Shown here in pieces: positions 9,424 through 18,218 of a stretch of DNA of 59,524 nt; positions within the stretch are counted from its first letter, which is position 1, and every line of letters starts with the position of its first letter. Below the pieces are notes generated by a model that was not told the DNA's origin, did no database searches, and worked only from the letters and a program-made list of their open reading frames with translations. This DNA is from Candidatus Omnitrophota bacterium (GTDB lineage: Bacteria > Omnitrophota > Gorgyraeia > 2-01-FULL-45-10): the NCBI GenBank assembly GCA_017993955.1, contig JAGOLR010000006.1:1-59524 (forward strand). The letters are read 5' to 3'. A program made the translations under genes and the position numbers.

Positions 9424-10538
9424 AAGAACAAGTAAAGGTATTATTTATAATATGGTCGCTTGAAAAGGGTGGGGCCGAGAGATTTTTGACAACCCTTCTT
9501 AAAAATATCGATAAAACTAGAATAGCGCCGGTTGTCTGTTGTCTTAACTGGAAAGGTGTATGGGCGAGGGAAGTCGAGGATGCCGGGGTAGAGGTAATAG
9601 AATTGAACAAAAGAGGTAAATTCGATCTTATCGCATTTCTAAAGTTAATAAAAATTATAAAGAATGGAAAATTCGATATAGTAAATACGCATCTCTGGGC
9701 TGCTGATGTTATTGGCAGGATGGCTGCTATGTTTGTAGGCACGAAGGTTATTGTAAGCACGGCGCAAAATGTGGATATATGGAAAAAGAGTTGGCACAAA
9801 AACGTGGACAAGCTGTTATCGTATCGGACCAACCAGGTAATCGCCGTATCAGGGGCAGTGAAAGAATATTATCATAATCAGGTCGGTATCCCGCTAAAGA
9901 AAATATCCTATATTCCTAATGCCATTGAAACCGAAAGGTTCGAGGATACTAAAAGCGGGGAATATATTTATAAAGAGTCGGGCTTCAGTGCGAATGATTT
10001 TATTCTTGCATGTGTTGGACGGCTGACAGAACAAAAAGGCCAGAAATACCTTTTAGCAAGTCTTAGTCTATTAAAGCCGCGATATCCTAATATCAAGATA
10101 CTTTTTGTAGGGTATGGCGAAGATGAGAAGAAGCTGAAAGAGTTGGCGAATAAGTTGGGGGTTCAAGATTCAGTAAGGTTTATGGGATACAGAAATGATA
10201 TACCTCAGATACTAAGTATTTCTAGCGGATTGGTTTTACCGTCTTTGTATGAAGGTTTGCCTCTATGTGTGCTGGAGGCAATGGCTGCAGGGAAGCCGGT
10301 TATAGCAACAGACGCCGGCGGGACTAAAGAAGTAATCGTTAATGATAAGACCGGCTTTCTGGTTCCGTACGAAAATTCGGAAAAGTTATCCGCCGCGATA
10401 GAGAAGCTATTTAATTTGCCCGATCAAGGCAAAAAAATGGGAGAAAAAGCCAGGGAAGTAGTTAATGTGGATTATTCCATAAGATCAGTCGCGGACCAAA
10501 CAGCCGAGTTGTTTTGCAATCTGGTAAGCAAAACATGA
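9420..10538 (+). CDS. Glycosyltransferase family 4
   Basis: EGLPLCVLEAMAAGKPVIATDAGGTKEVIVNDKTGFLV; ATGA start/stop overlap with upstream gene. Confidence 0.85.
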   Translation: MKEQVKVLFIIWSLEKGGAERFLTTLLKNIDKTRIAPVVCCLNWKGVWAREVEDAGVEVIELNKRGKFDLIAFLKLIKIIKNGKFDIVNTHLWAADVIGRMAAMFVGTKVIVSTAQNVDIWKKSWHKNVDKLLSYRTNQVIAVSGAVKEYYHNQVGIPLKKISYIPNAIETERFEDTKSGEYIYKESGFSANDFILACVGRLTEQKGQKYLLASLSLLKPRYPNIKILFVGYGEDEKKLKELANKLGVQDSVRFMGYRNDIPQILSISSGLVLPSLYEGLPLCVLEAMAAGKPVIATDAGGTKEVIVNDKTGFLVPYENSEKLSAAIEKLFNLPDQGKKMGEKAREVVNVDYSIRSVADQTAELFCNLVSKT

Positions 10539-13492
10539 TAAAAAATTTTATACTAGCGTTATTTATTATCTACTCCCCGTTTCAGCTTCGACTCCCGCAG
10601 TGGGATTTTGTTAATGTGGCCAATGTATTTTTGCTAGTATTATTTTTTATTTTTATTTTGCAAAGAAACCATATAAATGTAAAGACTGCAGTCGACCTTC
10701 CTTTGCTATTATTTATTTGCGTGTGGTTTTTTTCCTTCATCCATTCATTGTTGGCGCCTGGAAATGATATGTGGAGGGTGGCGATAGCGATAGAATTTAA
10801 GAGGATATTCACGCTCGTATTTGCTTATTTTGTATTCGCGAAAAGTTTAAATACAAAAAAGGATGTTAATTTACTATTTGGAGTTTTTGTGTTTACGATT
10901 TTTCTGGTTGGGCTACACACCTGGAGGAATGGCACGCTGGAAGGCGTAAACTTTGCGGATTTTAAGAGATCTTCCGGTCCGTTTGCCGAAGATTTTAAGG
11001 GTAGCGATATCGCTGGAGGATTTTTAGCGACTTTCATCCCATTTCTTTTGACCTATTCCTTTTTTGAAAAAAGACTAGCGTGGCAAATCGCAGGTTTTGC
11101 CGGGACAGGGATTTCTTTGTTTGGCCTTCTCGCTACTTACTCCAGAGGCTCTATGATAGCTTTGGGGGCATCGTTCATTTTAATAATTTTATTCAGTCTT
11201 AGGCGTCTTTCGAGGGTCTCACATATTACCAAGATCGCTATTATAATCATTGCGCTGGGAGGATCGCTAGGATGGAAGATGTGGGTTCCTCAGACAATCG
11301 TCAATAGAATAGACGGCACTGTACAGGAAGGCTCTTATGACCAGACAAGGTTCGATGAAAGCTCGGAAAAAAGGATGGCGATCTGGGCTTCCGGCATAGA
11401 AGTGTTTAAAGAAAATCCAATATTCGGAGCCGGATTCAAACAGGTTCAGCACAAACTTGGAGTTGATACGCACAATTCTTTTATTCTTATCATGGCAGAG
11501 ATGGGGTTAGTAGGTTTTTTAATATTTTTATGGCTTTTATTTGCAATATTTAAAGAGGCGGTGGGATTATTTAAAACGCAAAATATTGCTATTGGGATGG
11601 GTTTTATCGGGTGTCTTTCAGGGTTCGTATTGGTAAATATGTTTTACTCTAATTTCTTTCGCGATACCGTATCGGGAAGCTTCTGGGCGATTTTAGGCAT
11701 TATGGTTGCGGCAAAAAAAGTTTCGGCGCAAAGTGAAGATGCTATAGAAGCAACTTATGCTAAAAAGAGAAAGGGTTTAATTAAAAAACGTTTGGGCGCT
11801 ACTACTGCTTTATTATTAATCTTGTACAATTCAAATTTTGTTTTCGCTGAAAATGTAAGCCGATGGTGGGATGAAAAAGAAGTCCAAACGCTAAATGTTA
11901 TAAAAGATTTAAAGCAAGGGGCCGGGAATGTGTTGTATGTTGATGGGGAAAATGGGGATGACCGCAATGGGGGAGGTTCATTAAAAAATTCATTTAAAAC
12001 TATTCAAAATGCTCTGGAACGCCTGGGCCCTGGTGATACCCTGGCTATTAGCGCTGGTGTATATCATGAAAAATTGTTAATACAGCGTAGCGGTCACGAA
12101 GATAATAGGATCCTTATCGGCCCTCGTGGGAATGGAGAAGTTGTTATTGACGGATCGAAAAAGATGGGGCTATGGGAGTTGCATGAGGACGGAATCTATA
12201 AAACAGAATGCCTCTTTAAACCTGCTGCGGTTGTAGTTAATGAAAAACCTTTTTACCCGGAATTCTCTCTTGCCACATTGCGCGAGGGTAGGTGGTATTA
12301 CGATGCAACAATTAAAGCGCTTTATATTTGCTCGATTGACGGAGACGATCCATCGCATCATAATATCGGTGTTGTTTCTGATGATCAGTATCAAGACGGC
12401 ATATTGCTTAACGGCGCTAGCAATATAACGTTGTATGGGTTGACAGTCAGGTATGCGGGCGGCAGGGGCGTGTCGATCTTGGGTCATAATAATTGCATCG
12501 AGAAGTGCAATATCAAATTTAACGGTGGCATTGGAATAAGTATGTTTAATTACAAAGAAACTATTACCGACAATACACAGATAATCAGGAATCATTCATA
12601 CCACAATTTCTTAAGGAATTGGCCTCGAGGCAGATATAAGTGGGGTAGTTGGGGGGCTGGCGCAGGAAGTCAGGGTGCCTCAAATACCCAGTATATCGGT
12701 AATGTGGTCCATAAAAACGGTGGCGAAGGATTGCTGGCGTATGGTGGTAAAGGTGGAACGATCTATCGCGATAATATCGTTTATGATAATTGGAGTGTGA
12801 ATATCTATATCGATAATCAGGCAAATGGGGTGATCGATAAAAATTTAGTTTATTGCACCGAACCAGACCCTAAAGATTTATACAATAACGGTGATGAAAA
12901 CCCGCGCGATGGTAAGAATCTCAGGCGGTTGAGAGCGGAAGGAATAATGACTGCTGATGAAAAGTATAAGCTAAATCCACCTGCTAACTTGCAGAATGTA
13001 AATATTTCAAATAATGTGATTATCGGATGTCGGCGTGGAATAACTCATTATGCCCAGGCGCAGGGTTCTGGATTAAAAAACATTTCAATAAACAATAATA
13101 CCATTATACTACCGAATTCTAAGGGTAATGGTGAAGAGTATATAGGTATAAGAATTCCGTATAATGATGGAAATAATGCAGATGTGTATATAAAAGATAA
13201 TGTAATATATGGTTCCAATCCCAGCACTTATTTATTGTCGCTTGATACAGGTTTCCCCGGAAATGATGTGCCTATGCGCGGGTTAACTTTTGACCGCAAT
13301 ACCTGGTATCACATGAGTAATCCCAAGCCTTTCCATGTTGGTCTAAGTGATCTTAGCTTTGACTCATGGGTTAATAATCCGAAGTATATGAAGCATTGCG
13401 TGAACAATCTGTATCAGGAGCCAAAGTTTGTCAAGGGGCAGGATTATTCCGACATTATTGCTCAACTGATAAGAGATTTCAAAAATGAATAA
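10535..13492 (+). CDS. O-antigen ligase/polymerase-like (Wzy_C) membrane domain fused to a C-terminal right-handed parallel beta-helix domain
   Basis: N-terminal ~400 aa multi-pass with TYSRGSMIAL and HNSFILIMAEMGLVG (Wzy_C-type loop); C-terminal ~550 aa has DUF1565-like GENGDDRNGGGSLKNSFKTIQNAL...GDTLAISAGVYHE and beta-helix repeats (NIVYDNWSVNIYIDN, ISNNVIIGC); ATGA overlap gives start 10535. Confidence 0.75.
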   Translation: MIKNFILALFIIYSPFQLRLPQWDFVNVANVFLLVLFFIFILQRNHINVKTAVDLPLLLFICVWFFSFIHSLLAPGNDMWRVAIAIEFKRIFTLVFAYFVFAKSLNTKKDVNLLFGVFVFTIFLVGLHTWRNGTLEGVNFADFKRSSGPFAEDFKGSDIAGGFLATFIPFLLTYSFFEKRLAWQIAGFAGTGISLFGLLATYSRGSMIALGASFILIILFSLRRLSRVSHITKIAIIIIALGGSLGWKMWVPQTIVNRIDGTVQEGSYDQTRFDESSEKRMAIWASGIEVFKENPIFGAGFKQVQHKLGVDTHNSFILIMAEMGLVGFLIFLWLLFAIFKEAVGLFKTQNIAIGMGFIGCLSGFVLVNMFYSNFFRDTVSGSFWAILGIMVAAKKVSAQSEDAIEATYAKKRKGLIKKRLGATTALLLILYNSNFVFAENVSRWWDEKEVQTLNVIKDLKQGAGNVLYVDGENGDDRNGGGSLKNSFKTIQNALERLGPGDTLAISAGVYHEKLLIQRSGHEDNRILIGPRGNGEVVIDGSKKMGLWELHEDGIYKTECLFKPAAVVVNEKPFYPEFSLATLREGRWYYDATIKALYICSIDGDDPSHHNIGVVSDDQYQDGILLNGASNITLYGLTVRYAGGRGVSILGHNNCIEKCNIKFNGGIGISMFNYKETITDNTQIIRNHSYHNFLRNWPRGRYKWGSWGAGAGSQGASNTQYIGNVVHKNGGEGLLAYGGKGGTIYRDNIVYDNWSVNIYIDNQANGVIDKNLVYCTEPDPKDLYNNGDENPRDGKNLRRLRAEGIMTADEKYKLNPPANLQNVNISNNVIIGCRRGITHYAQAQGSGLKNISINNNTIILPNSKGNGEEYIGIRIPYNDGNNADVYIKDNVIYGSNPSTYLLSLDTGFPGNDVPMRGLTFDRNTWYHMSNPKPFHVGLSDLSFDSWVNNPKYMKHCVNNLYQEPKFVKGQDYSDIIAQLIRDFKNE

Positions 13493-14168
13493 AATCTTAG
13501 CATATCATTCCATAGGATCTCCGCTTGCCGGCGAAGTCGGGTCGGAGTTGTATTGTATACCGGTCGAAAACTTCCGTGCCCAGATGGAATATTTACGCAA
13601 TACGCAATACACAATACACAATACACAAATAACATTCGATGACGGTGACATAACGAACTATACCCATGCTTTTCCGGTTCTAAAGGAGCTTGGTCTGACG
13701 GCATATTTCTTCATCATTGGCGGGCGGATCGGTTCGCCAGGATATATGAATTGGGAGCAGATAAAAGAGCTGCGCGACGCCGGTATGACCATCGGATCTC
13801 ATGGCATCACGCATAGGATACTTACAGGATTAACGGATAGCGAGATAGATTACGAGCTGCGTGAATCAAAAAGAATCCTGGAAGAAAATTTGAATACCAC
13901 TATAGAGCACCTTTCAATACCGCGTGGTTTTTATGACGAACGTATAATACAGAAAGCTGACGAGATAGGTTATAAAACCATTTTTACATCGAAGGAGAGG
14001 GTGGCAGTAAAGGCGGATTGGGACATGGATAAGTTTGAAAGAATGCTATTCGCCAAGCCATCGCTGGATGATAAGGTCATGGATTTTATAAAGGAATCAT
14101 CGAAAAGAATACTCGGGCCTAAAAATTACGACATATTAAGAACTAAAATCTTAACGCGGGGCCTATGA
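13485..14168 (+). CDS. Polysaccharide deacetylase (CE4 / NodB-homology domain)
   Basis: ITFDDGDITNY and GSHGITH motifs of the NodB fold. Confidence 0.8.
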   Translation: MNKILAYHSIGSPLAGEVGSELYCIPVENFRAQMEYLRNTQYTIHNTQITFDDGDITNYTHAFPVLKELGLTAYFFIIGGRIGSPGYMNWEQIKELRDAGMTIGSHGITHRILTGLTDSEIDYELRESKRILEENLNTTIEHLSIPRGFYDERIIQKADEIGYKTIFTSKERVAVKADWDMDKFERMLFAKPSLDDKVMDFIKESSKRILGPKNYDILRTKILTRGL

Positions 14169-15307
14169 TATATATATTCTGGATATCTTTTATGGCGTTA
14201 TTTTATACATATTTCGGTTATCCTCTATATCAGTATTTAAGATCCGGTATATCCAGAAGAGACGCAGCGAAGGATGTGAATTATAAACCTAAGGTTTCAA
14301 TAGTTTTCTCTGCATATAACGAAGAGGATTACGTCTTAGATAAAATAGAAAATCTCCTTAAGTCGGATTACCCAGGAGATAGGCTGGAGATATTGGCATG
14401 TTCGGATGGCTCTACTGATTCTACCGGTAATCTGCTTTCGGGCATAAAAGATAATAGGGTAAAAGCATTTGTTTTTGAGAAAAGACGCGGGAAGCCCAGT
14501 GTTTTGAATGACATAGTTCCTCTGGCCGACGGCGAGATAGTAGTGCTATGCGATGTCCGTCAAAAATTCGATAAAGATGCCGTATCGCAGCTTGTTTCGA
14601 ATTTTGCAGATAACAGGATAGGGTGCGTAAGTGGAGAGCTGATATTTATTGATGCCGGGTCGGAAAGAGGCATATCCGATGGCATAGGGTTATACTGGGA
14701 GTATGAGAAATTCATCCGCCGGTGCGAAAGCAATATTCATTCCATGGTGGGGGCGACAGGCGCTATATATGCTATAAGAAAATATCTATATGTTGATTTG
14801 CCAGCGGATGTCATATTGGATGACGTTTATATCCCTCTTTCGATTGTTCGTAAAGGATACCGGTCGATATTCGATCCATCAGCAAAAGCATATGACAGGC
14901 CTGCTACGACCCCTGCAGGTGAATACCGAAGAAAGGTCCGGACGCTTGCGGGTAATTATCAGATATTCAGGTTTTTCCCCGGGCTATTTATACCATTAAA
15001 AAACCATATGGCATTGGCGTTATTTTCGCATAAGTTCCTAAGATTGTTAGCACCGTTTTCCATGATAATGATGTTCTTGAGCAATCTATTTATGGCGAAA
15101 GAAAGTTTTTATGGTTCAACGCTTGTGTGTCAGGTGATATTTTATATATTGGCGATATTGGGAAGCATGACTTACAGAGATGCTGATAAAAGATTGTTTG
15201 TTCGGATAGCTAGCACTGCCTATGCATTTTGCCTGATGAATTTTACAGCTATAATAGGTTTATACAGGTACTTATTCGGTAAACAGAAGGTGGCCTGGGA
15301 GAAATAG
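14165..15307 (+). CDS. Membrane-bound glycosyltransferase family 2
   Basis: N-terminal TM, VSIVFSAYNEE, CSDGSTDST (DxD-type), C-terminal hydrophobic segments; ATGA overlap with deacetylase gene. Confidence 0.8.
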   Translation: MIYIFWISFMALFYTYFGYPLYQYLRSGISRRDAAKDVNYKPKVSIVFSAYNEEDYVLDKIENLLKSDYPGDRLEILACSDGSTDSTGNLLSGIKDNRVKAFVFEKRRGKPSVLNDIVPLADGEIVVLCDVRQKFDKDAVSQLVSNFADNRIGCVSGELIFIDAGSERGISDGIGLYWEYEKFIRRCESNIHSMVGATGAIYAIRKYLYVDLPADVILDDVYIPLSIVRKGYRSIFDPSAKAYDRPATTPAGEYRRKVRTLAGNYQIFRFFPGLFIPLKNHMALALFSHKFLRLLAPFSMIMMFLSNLFMAKESFYGSTLVCQVIFYILAILGSMTYRDADKRLFVRIASTAYAFCLMNFTAIIGLYRYLFGKQKVAWEK

Positions 15308-15310
15308 AAG

Positions 15311-16144
15311 ATGACTACTACTGCAAAGAATGCGTTTATTAGGTTCGGGGTGGCTTTTTTCTTGCTAATGGTGGCATACATACCTACGATTAAGTGGATG
15401 GTGGACAGATGGAATGCCTCCGACGGTTATTATGGACACGGGTTTTTGATACCTATCGTATCTGCCTTTATAATATGGCAGAGAAGGGCGGTACTGCAAA
15501 AGATAAATTTTACAACCAGCGTCTTGGGTATCTGGATCACGGCATCGGCGCTATTGGTAAATATTGTATGCGCCGCGCTAAAGATATATTTTATTTCCGG
15601 CTTTTCGCTTGTCTTTGCTTTATACGGTCTTATCCTGTTCTTTTTTGGGCGCGAGATGGTGAAGAATCTGCTATTCCCCGTATTTTTCTTATTGGCGATG
15701 GTGCCCCTGCCCTTGGTAGTAGTTGGGAACCTTACCGTAAAGATGAAGCTTTTTGCCGCTCAGTGTTCGACGTTTGTGCTTAATAAGATAGGTTTTCCTT
15801 CTATTCTTGACGGTAGCACTATACGCATGCCGAAATCTTTTATAGCAGTTGAGGCGCCTTGTAGCGGGCTTCGTTCGCTTATAGCACTTTTGACCTTAGG
15901 GTTACTTTTTGCCTATGCTCTCAAAACGTCGAAAATTAAAAAAGGGGTACTTCTGGCTTCCTCCGTACCGATAGCTATGGCTTCGAATGTGATGAGGATA
16001 GTGATGCTCGCAGTCGTAAATGATCTGTACGGTGGAAAGGTGGCCATGGGTTTCTTTCATGATATGTCAGGGTTCCTGGTATTTGGCTTTGCATTTGCCG
16101 CGTTGCTGGCGGTCAGTAAAGTCCTGGAAGGTGGCAGGAGATGA
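15311..16144 (+). CDS. Exosortase (EpsH/Xrt family transpeptidase)
   Basis: 277 aa polytopic; GHGFLIP block, catalytic-type Cys in VEAPCSGLRSL, Arg in SNVMRIVML and His in FFHDMSG, the conserved exosortase triad context. Confidence 0.85.
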   Translation: MTTTAKNAFIRFGVAFFLLMVAYIPTIKWMVDRWNASDGYYGHGFLIPIVSAFIIWQRRAVLQKINFTTSVLGIWITASALLVNIVCAALKIYFISGFSLVFALYGLILFFFGREMVKNLLFPVFFLLAMVPLPLVVVGNLTVKMKLFAAQCSTFVLNKIGFPSILDGSTIRMPKSFIAVEAPCSGLRSLIALLTLGLLFAYALKTSKIKKGVLLASSVPIAMASNVMRIVMLAVVNDLYGGKVAMGFFHDMSGFLVFGFAFAALLAVSKVLEGGRR

Positions 16145-16812
16145 TATCTAAAAACACTGCTCAATTTATAGCCTTAGTCGTAATACTGGTAGTTGCATGC
16201 GTGTTATCTCTCCAGCTCTTTTTCCGCGAGCGGACGATGCATGACGTAGTTGATATACGTAAATTCCCCATAAAACTTGGGGTGTGGACCGGGAAAGACC
16301 GCGTCCTGACCGAGAAAGAGTACGACATTTTGGAGACTCGTAACCTGTTTACACGCGAATATTCCGACCGTTCGGGGCGCGAAATATTTTTGTTCATAAT
16401 ATATTCTGAGACTAACCGCTCAGTTTTTCATCCGCCCGAAGTATGCATGCTCGGGAGCGGGTTTAACATTGTAAATAAAGAGCGTGCGGAAATCGTCTCC
16501 CCGTCACGTAAATTTTATGTAAATAAACTGAATACACAGAAGAGCAATTTTAAAGAGCTGGTACTTTATATGTATAAAGCCGGCGAGCTCTACACGGATA
16601 ATTTTTATCTGCAGCAGGCATATCTCGCCTTGCATCAAGTCCTGGGCAGGCGCGTCCCGGGAGCTACCATACGCGTGTCTATGCCGATAATGGGCGATGA
16701 AAAGAAGACCCTTACTACTCTTCAGCAGTTTTTGGGGGATGTAGTCAAGGCCGTCGACCAGATGACAACTTTGAAGGATCGGCAGAACGCGAAAAATACC
16801 AAAGCCAAATAA
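16141..16812 (+). CDS. epsI: EpsI-family exosortase-associated protein (stand-alone)
   Basis: N-terminal TM anchor, FHPPEVCMLGSG motif characteristic of EpsI; ATGA overlap with exosortase gene. Confidence 0.75.
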   Translation: MISKNTAQFIALVVILVVACVLSLQLFFRERTMHDVVDIRKFPIKLGVWTGKDRVLTEKEYDILETRNLFTREYSDRSGREIFLFIIYSETNRSVFHPPEVCMLGSGFNIVNKERAEIVSPSRKFYVNKLNTQKSNFKELVLYMYKAGELYTDNFYLQQAYLALHQVLGRRVPGATIRVSMPIMGDEKKTLTTLQQFLGDVVKAVDQMTTLKDRQNAKNTKAK

Positions 16813-16830
16813 TGTCAAATCCAAAATCCC

Positions 16831-16874
16831 AATAGTACCAAATCCCAAATAAGCTCCAAATCTCAAATCCAAAA
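16831..16874 (+). repeat. Repeat R1 core (AATAGTACCAAATCCCAAATAAGCTCCAAATCTCAAATCCAAAA)
   Basis: Identical to 17554-17597; starts right after the epsI stop codon. Confidence 0.8.
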
Positions 16875-16963
16875 GCAGCATCCGGATATTTTTTTAAAAA
16901 TAAATGCAATAAAATCGCCTCCAAAAGCGTCTATATATATGGACGAGCCGCAAGTCGAGAGCA

Positions 16964-16986
16964 TTGTGCTATGGGCTATGGGCTAA
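16964..16986. repeat. 7-nt-period array (GTGCTAT GGGCTAT GGGCTAA), single arm
   Basis: Near-identical to the reverse complement of 21394-21420. Confidence 0.55.
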
Positions 16987-17011
16987 AAAAATCAAAAAAA
17001 ATGGGGGCGGT

Positions 17012-17575
17012 ATGAAAGAGATGGTTTTGCAGGGGGTGATTGAGAATAAGATTTACTTGATCCGCGGGCAAAAGGTTATGCTGAGTACGCACCTGGCTGT
17101 ACTTTATGCGGTGGAGGCAAGGGCGCTAATCCAGGCAGTAAAAAGGAACTTCGAAAGATTTCCGAAAGATTTTGTATTCCAATTAACAGACAATGAGTAT
17201 CAGGGCTTGAAGTCACAGATTGTGATTTCAAGTTGGGGCGGTATAAGACGCGCAAATCCCTATGCGTTTACCGAGCAGGGAGTGGCTATGCTTTCGAGTG
17301 TTCTTAAAAGCAGGCGCGCCATCCAGGTTAATATAGCAATAATGCGCGCGTTTGTTAAGCTCAGGAGGGAATTAGCCACCAATAAAGAACTCGCTTCGAA
17401 ATTACGCGAACTTGAAAATAAAGTATCGAAACACGATGAGGAGATTATTGCTATTTTTGAAGCGATACGACAGCTTATGGCGCCTCCGCCTGTGGCTCCG
17501 AAGAGAAGGATAGGTTTTCGTCAGGAGAATGGCGTAGAAAAATCCCAAATCCAAATAGTACCAAATCCCAAATAA
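17012..17575 (+). CDS. ORF6N-domain (KilA-N-related) DNA-binding protein
   Basis: IYLIRGQKVMLSTHLAVLYAVEARALIQAVKRNFERFPKDFVFQLT matches the ORF6N domain; C-terminal coiled region; last residues and stop are encoded by repeat R2; start at MKEMV chosen over the upstream non-ATG start in the ORF track. Confidence 0.7.
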   Translation: MKEMVLQGVIENKIYLIRGQKVMLSTHLAVLYAVEARALIQAVKRNFERFPKDFVFQLTDNEYQGLKSQIVISSWGGIRRANPYAFTEQGVAMLSSVLKSRRAIQVNIAIMRAFVKLRRELATNKELASKLRELENKVSKHDEEIIAIFEAIRQLMAPPPVAPKRRIGFRQENGVEKSQIQIVPNPK

Positions 17576-17597
17576 GCTCCAAATCTCAAATCCAAAA
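17554..17597 (+). repeat. Repeat R2 core, identical to R1
   Basis: Exact 44-nt match to 16831-16874. Confidence 0.8.
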
Positions 17598-17607
17598 AGG
17601 AGAAGTT

Positions 17608-17954
17608 ATGTCGGAGAAAATATATGATCTAAAAGACAGGACTTTTGTATTTGCGCAGAGAGTATTGAGCATAACTGAGCGTTTGCCGAAAAGTCCGGAG
17701 TCAGAAGTGATTCGTAAGTAATTAGCCAAAGCGGGGACATCCGTAGGAGCTAACGTGGAGGAAGGTGATGGCACATTGACTAAGAAAGATTTTATAAATA
17801 AGATGGTATCGCACGAAAAGAAGCAAAAGAGGCGCGGTATTGGCTGAGGATTATCTCCGGAAAATATATAAAAAGAGAAGAAGTTGCTCTTGATATTATA
17901 GAGGCTCAGGAATTGGTTAATATACTTAGCGCTATTATTAATAAAATCCGGTAG
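17608..17954 (+). pseudogene. Decayed four-helix-bundle protein gene (23S rRNA intervening-sequence-protein family)
   Basis: MSEKIYDLKDRTFVFAQRVLSITERLPKSPESEVIRK then in-frame TAA (17719-17721) where homologues have Gln, continues LAKAGTSVGANVEEGDGTLTKKDFINKMV, then a 1-nt frameshift near 17806-17812 restores IARKEAKEARYWLRIISGKYI...LSAIINKIR*. Confidence 0.7.
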
Positions 17955-17956
17955 GG

Positions 17957-18016
17957 TTGATTTTGATTTTTTTGATTTGGGATTTATTTAGCAGTATTGG
18001 TATTATTTGGATTTTG
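17957..18016 (-). repeat. Repeat R3, inverted degenerate copy of R1/R2
   Basis: Reverse complement reads CAAAATCCAAATAATACCAATACTGCTAAATAAATCCCAAATCAAAAAAATCAAAATC, same CCAAATC-type composition. Confidence 0.55.
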
Positions 18017-18097
18017 TATTTATCGTTAAGCGCTTTTTCTCTGTCCACGAGTCTCAACACTATTCTTAGAATGTCCAAAATCCACACATCACCTATA

Positions 18098-18121
18098 CAT
18101 GACTGTCATGGTATGTCATAC
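18098..18121. promoter_or_regulatory. Two adjacent perfect palindromes sharing TGTCAT (CATGAC-T-GTCATG, GTATG-T-CATAC); candidate enhancer (UAS) for the sigma-54 promoter
   Basis: Located ~110 nt upstream of the -24 element, the usual distance for bacterial enhancer-binding proteins. Confidence 0.35.
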
Positions 18122-18218
18122 TTTGACTATTTTTTAATCAAAATCACGTTTGTAACACATTGAATTACAATGAGTTGCAATTCAATTTTTTCATAATTTT
18201 TTATTCCAGAAATCAATT

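Larger units (their letters stand above)
16813..18016. mobile_element. Repeat-bounded insertion cassette (ORF6N gene + decayed four-helix-bundle gene) between epsI and the priming transferase promoter
   Basis: Three copies of a CCAAATC-rich repeat: two direct with an identical ~44-nt core, one inverted and degenerate; cargo genes unrelated to EPS synthesis; no recombinase seen. Confidence 0.4.

Noticed and set aside
15394-15783. 129-aa alternative-frame ORF inside the exosortase gene
   Set aside because: It overlaps a confidently assigned polytopic exosortase in another frame.
16813-18016. Could the short-period repeats or heptamer arrays be CRISPR arrays?
   Set aside because: The units are 7 nt or irregular and lack unique spacers of 25-40 nt. 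No cas genes are present in the window.
17957-18163. 68-aa ORF MILIFLIWDLFSSIGIIW...
   Set aside because: It is a translation of the inverted CCAAATC-type repeat R3 and AT-rich spacer, with no SD.
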